A DNA stretch of 64,000 bases, taken from the NCBI GenBank assembly GCA_030704615.1, contig CM060731.1, positions 29,202,001 to 29,266,000 on the forward strand, in the 5' to 3' direction. A program made the position numbers and the translations under genes. The notes beneath the pieces are model-generated. The model ran no database searches. It was not told where the DNA came from and was given only the letters and a program-made list of their open reading frames with translations. Origin of the DNA: Takakia lepidozioides. Its lineage: Eukaryota; Plantae; Bryophyta. Positions within the stretch are counted from its first letter, which is position 1. The number at the start of each line of letters is the position of its first letter. This document shows, one piece after another, positions 59,467 to 64,000 of the stretch.

Positions 59467-62400
59467 ATGGAGACGGAGGTGGATCAAAACTATCTACTCA
59501 TCACCGCCCTTATCACGGTCTCTCTCTCTCTCTCTCACTCACACACACACACACACACATGATGGTTCGAGATTTCATGATTTCTCTCAATCAGAATCCG
59601 TATGTATTTCAATTTTGGTGGATAAGTTCAGTCTTAGAGTGGTTTGAGATTCGGGCGAAGTGAAGCTCAATTTCCCAAACGGGACAAAGTTGGCTCCGAA
59701 AGATCCATGGCCCGTTCTATAGAATGGCTGCGTTGGATCTGCGTGACGGAAAAACAACGCATCACGAGTACTCTCTCTTTCTGTGTCTCCCTCCGTCCAA
59801 TCATTTTGCTAGTAAAGTGATGTATACTCCGCTTGTGACTGTCTCACTGACTTTATCCTTGGTAAAGGTAGGTGGAGGTAGCTGGAAATTGATGTACCGT
59901 TGGCCTGCAAGGGCGTAAAATCTGGGTAAGATCCTGTGGTGGATTTGAAGGAAAGATTGAGTAGCTATGTGGTAGCAAGCTAATCTAGCTCACTCACTAT
60001 TGCCTGTCGGGTAACTTTCCAGTAAAACATTTACTGATCAACATGCAAATGACAGGGATCCTGTGAAGCTCAGGCCTCATGTGCACAGCAGTTTGCATGC
60101 AACAAAAGACTGCAGGAATGTCTGAGCCTATCGAGAACGTGACCTGAAAAGTAGAAAGAGAGAGTGTTACGTAGCATGTCAAAGCTAGACAAGTGTTCTT
60201 ACAGACTTCTTCGGAGCATTTTTCTTGTGGACGCCCACAACACCCCCCCCCCCCCACCTTTTTCCTTTTGGTGGGCCCCAACATTATAAGCAACCGGGGC
60301 TGCCTGGGACCCAGTTAAACAGTCCTTCAGGATTAAGAAGCATTATTTATGGACCCAGATCTGATCGGAGGTGCTGTTTACTATCGGGACATGCAGATGG
60401 GATTTCAGTTTACTTTCTTCCTTATTGCTGCCACATTCAAGTTTGACAAGGTCACCGACTTTGCAGGTAAGCTCTGCTCACAAGATTCTAGTGGTTTTGC
60501 TGTCTGTAGGTTTTAGATGTTCTTCATCTGCAACTGCAAATGTTGGTGGCTACTGTAAATTTTGCATTGTTTGCCCCATAGATAGCACATGTGCATCTTG
60601 TTGTTGAGGTGAAAAGAGACTGGGGCTGTGGAGACGACAGGTGTTGGTAACTTTGTAGTGCTCGCCTTGCTCACAGCCATCCTTAAAGGGTCGTGGCACC
60701 TTCGCCAGGTAATTTACTCTCTTTCCTTCTCGGTTTTCTGCCTTCACACATCGATGACAGGGCGTCTTGGATGTTTTCTCTGGCTATTCCTTACGTTCTT
60801 CTCTCTCCCAGGGCTACAGCAAGCAAACAAAGTCTTTGAGTATATTCTCACACTCACACACTCACCCACATACAGATCAATTGACCGAGTTACTGGATTG
60901 TTATAGAATGCAAAAGCAATTTGGAAGTTTGGACTCACTTTTATACCATTTAAAAACCCCAAGAGGATTTGGATGTTCATGGTTACATTACAGCAACATA
61001 GAGGATAGTCAACGATATCAGATGTATGAGTTTCCAGTTCTCAAGATGGGGAACTGAGCTCTCACCTTGGGTAGGAAGGCGAGCCAAACAAGGGGATGCC
61101 AGGGAAGCAGTTTCATGTGTGTGGGTGCATGCCCATTGGCAGGTAGTACTCACAGCACTTGTCGTCACTTGGGGACTTCGTCTGGCTATCTTCCTCCTCC
61201 TTCGGTACACAACTCTGGCTCCCTTCTGTAACTTTTAGCCATATAATGGTATAATTTCTGATTGGCTGCTATGTTGGAATTTCCCCATGGTGTCCGTTCG
61301 AGAATGATGAACAAGATCATGGAATGTATCAGAAGTTCTGTAGCAAGGACCCTTCTCAAAAGGGAATGGGGCACTACGACTGTAATTGATTAGAGGACTT
61401 CAACAGGAAGAGGCGCAGACAGTCCTGTTTTGATGTAATGTGGTCTGCCTTGTAAACCAGAATACTAGAATGGGGTGAAGACAGGCGCATGGATGGCAGG
61501 CGAGACAATTTGGTTCGGTTTGCCATATTTTGGTCCATTCAGGTGGGTGCTGTTCTTTGTCCCTGCCTTTGCTCTCTTGTTGAAGTCTGGCATCAGGATG
61601 TGGATGGGTGAGCTCAATCTCAGCAGGTTGACACTTCGATCTGCATGTTGGCCTGCATTTCGGAAAAAATGTTGCCAGGCTTCAGTGTCCACCTTGGTGG
61701 AGAAGCCAGAGTTGCAATTTTCCACACGTACATGATGAGTAATGTGAATCCAATTGTGGTCTCAATACTTGTTTAGCCACTGTGAGGTTGAGGAGATTCA
61801 CTCAGGTGTGTGTTTCTCATGTGTCGCGGTAAGGTATCAAGTGGATATCCATATCTGCCAAACTGCAACCCTGTGGATCTCTCGCTTTCAGAGAGAAATG
61901 CTTGGATTGTTGTATGCATGACTTCCAGGACAAGAGGTTAATTGTTCACATATCACTGACATAGTCCCTCTTTTTACTGCCAAATGTTAATCATGTAACC
62001 AACTATGGTCAATGTTTGTTGATAATAGGGATTATGGGTGTGGACTGTCAGCCTGCCGCTGACAGTTGTTAATGGAAGCAGTCACAATCCGGCGGTACAA
62101 GCAGTGGATATAGTGGGCTGGTTTATGTTTGGCATCGGGTTGGCTTTTGAAGTGACAGCAGATCAGCAGAAGCTCCACTTCAAGAACAATCTGGCAAACA
62201 AGGGAAGATGGTGTGATGTGGGTGTGTGGAAGTGGTCCAGGCATCCTAACTACTTTGGGGAGGTACACCTCAACAACCAATAGGTAGAAGCATTGGGCTC
62301 ACAGGTTTTGGGTGAAAGCAGGGTGTGTTGTTGATATGCCTGGGGAGTGTGAAGTAGCAATTGGCAGTGCCAGTGTGTGTATAGAGCCTAAATTTTCAAA

Positions 62401-63909
62401 AGATTTGGGGAATCACTAGCAGTGTCACAGCAGAGATTCGCTTTGGAGCTAGGCAGTCCACTTGGTGTTTCCGTTTGCTTCACTTCAAGTATATGTGAAC
62501 CTTCCCTTTCTTCAAGAGAAGCAGAACTCGCAGCACATTGTGTGGCCTCAACTGAAAGTGGTGAAAATGGTGTGTCTCCTGTATTGAGCTTTTCTGATGA
62601 AGTTGTGTACCTTGTTCCCTAGACCAAGGTTTGTCTTCTCCATAGCAGGTTGATTTTATTCACCTCCCAGTGGCTGTCACTATAATCACTACATGTGACT
62701 GATAGCTTCGTGAAGCATAGGCAGCCTCTGAAGCTCATCTTACCAAGAGATCAGAGTGGAGTGTTCTGATGTATGCCATGGCACAGGCATCTGTTTATTG
62801 CTTATGAAGGATAAGTTAGTGATTCAGCTTTCTCTAATCCTTTTGGCAAGGATATTAAGTAAGACTGACATTTTCCTAGCAGATGTTGGTCTGGTGGGGG
62901 GTGTTTGTGGCTGCCACACCTGTGCTAAGAGGTGGCCAATGGGCAGTTATTGTCAGTCCCATCTTCATCACATTACTCCTCCTCTTTGTCAGTGGAATCC
63001 CCTTGCTTGAGGTAAAACTGCCCCCATCTCTGTTTCTCTCTCTCTCTGTCATTTAGAGCATGGTATCCAACTTCAGGAATTCACGTAAGGTAGGCAGATT
63101 TGAGTATCTGTTTTAGGTGGAGGTTTCCCTGGTGGAAACCACAGATAGCAAAACAGCAGCATGAACGCAACTCCCTGTTCCTACAACCTCAGTTGTGGTT
63201 CACTTCAGCATCCCCTGCATCTCTTCGAGGGTCCACTTCTGCATACATTTGCATCATGATCTCCCAATCAATACTTTTGCTTACGTCAATTGTCTTAACC
63301 CTAATTACTAGGATTAGACTGCACCAAGAAGCTTTGATAATTTCTGGCTATTTGAACAAGTACATGCTTCTATGTTAAAGGTGTCACATCTCAAAGGATA
63401 GATCCCAAGATTCATACCATGGACAGTGAATAGCTATGAAAGCAATGTAGGAGTGCACACAGTGTGGAGACAACTGACAACGGAGCCCTGTAAAAGCTTG
63501 CAGAAGGCCAAGTGCGGAGATTTGGTGATGAATTTCAACTCTCCTGGGAAAGCTAGATTTACAGTAGCCAGGCAGACTTCATGAAACAATGTATAGCTTG
63601 AACATTAAAGATTCGAATGAGGATTGAACATTGTACAGATTTGATGGTACATAGCCACTAGGATATTACAGGTTGCACCAGAATGCCCACATGCTAACCT
63701 CTTGCATTTGTGATTGTAACTTCTGTATTGTAGACTGGGCATGAGGTGTATGCAATAGGCATAACCTGCTGGTCATATAGGCATGGAATCAAATGAATGT
63801 GATATTTAAAACCATTGGAAACAATAATCCTGCTGTGCTGGATGCAGGCATCTGCTGATAAGAAACATGGAGGAAATGCAGAGTATCGTGCTTACAAAAA
63901 CAGAACCAG
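59467..63909 (+). CDS. DUF1295 / steroid 5-alpha-reductase C-terminal family membrane protein; 3' end beyond the window
   Basis: Exons 59467-59517, 60397-60466 (FKFDKVTDFAG), 60641-60708, 61143-61204 (WGLRL), 61461-61542 (WGEDRR), 62029-62262 (ADQQK, WSRHPNYFGE), 62883-63011 (SGIPLLE) and 63848-63909; GT-AG, in frame. Confidence 0.92.
59518..59559. repeat. Compound (TC)n(AC)n microsatellite at the start of intron 1
   Basis: tctctctctc...cacacacaca seen directly. Confidence 0.9.
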
Positions 63910-64000
63910 GTGAGTAGCTTCTTGCTATCCAGTCATCTTTACCCGGGTGGTCTCCATTCACTGTAGTGGTGAACCCGGCATTGTATGTCTGATTAATCTT

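Overview
Eukaryotic, intron-rich nuclear DNA from a land plant, most likely a non-seed plant (inferred from the DYW editing factor plus Tcn1-like, RTE-X-like and Dualen-like retroelements). Five host genes are recognisable: the 3' part of a DHHC S-acyltransferase (+), an alpha/beta hydrolase (-), a PLS-E-DYW PPR RNA-editing factor (-), mitochondrial EF-Tu (+, 12 exons, head-to-head with the PPR gene) and the 5' part of a DUF1295/steroid 5-alpha-reductase-like gene (+). Roughly half the window is transposon-derived: two truncated Ty3/gypsy elements (one apparently self-priming, one with a PHD finger after the integrase), a Crypton-like tyrosine-recombinase fragment, a (GA)n-associated RTE-X-like LINE with several short 3'-end copies in EF-Tu introns, a rearranged Dualen-like LINE and a piggyBac-like TTAA MITE. 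The most striking object is a 15.6-kb Mutator-like element (41660-57246, 9-bp TSD) nested in a Tourist-like MITE. It encodes a SWIM transposase, a spliced zinc finger-acidic repeat-Ulp1 protease gene and a second inverted zinc-finger paralog. Its subterminal arrays, most introns, spacers and even one exon are saturated with a single telomere-like motif (TGTAACCC/GGGTTACA), an architecture reminiscent of the VANDAL/VANC anti-silencing system but with different components. All calls were made by eye; family assignments need database confirmation.
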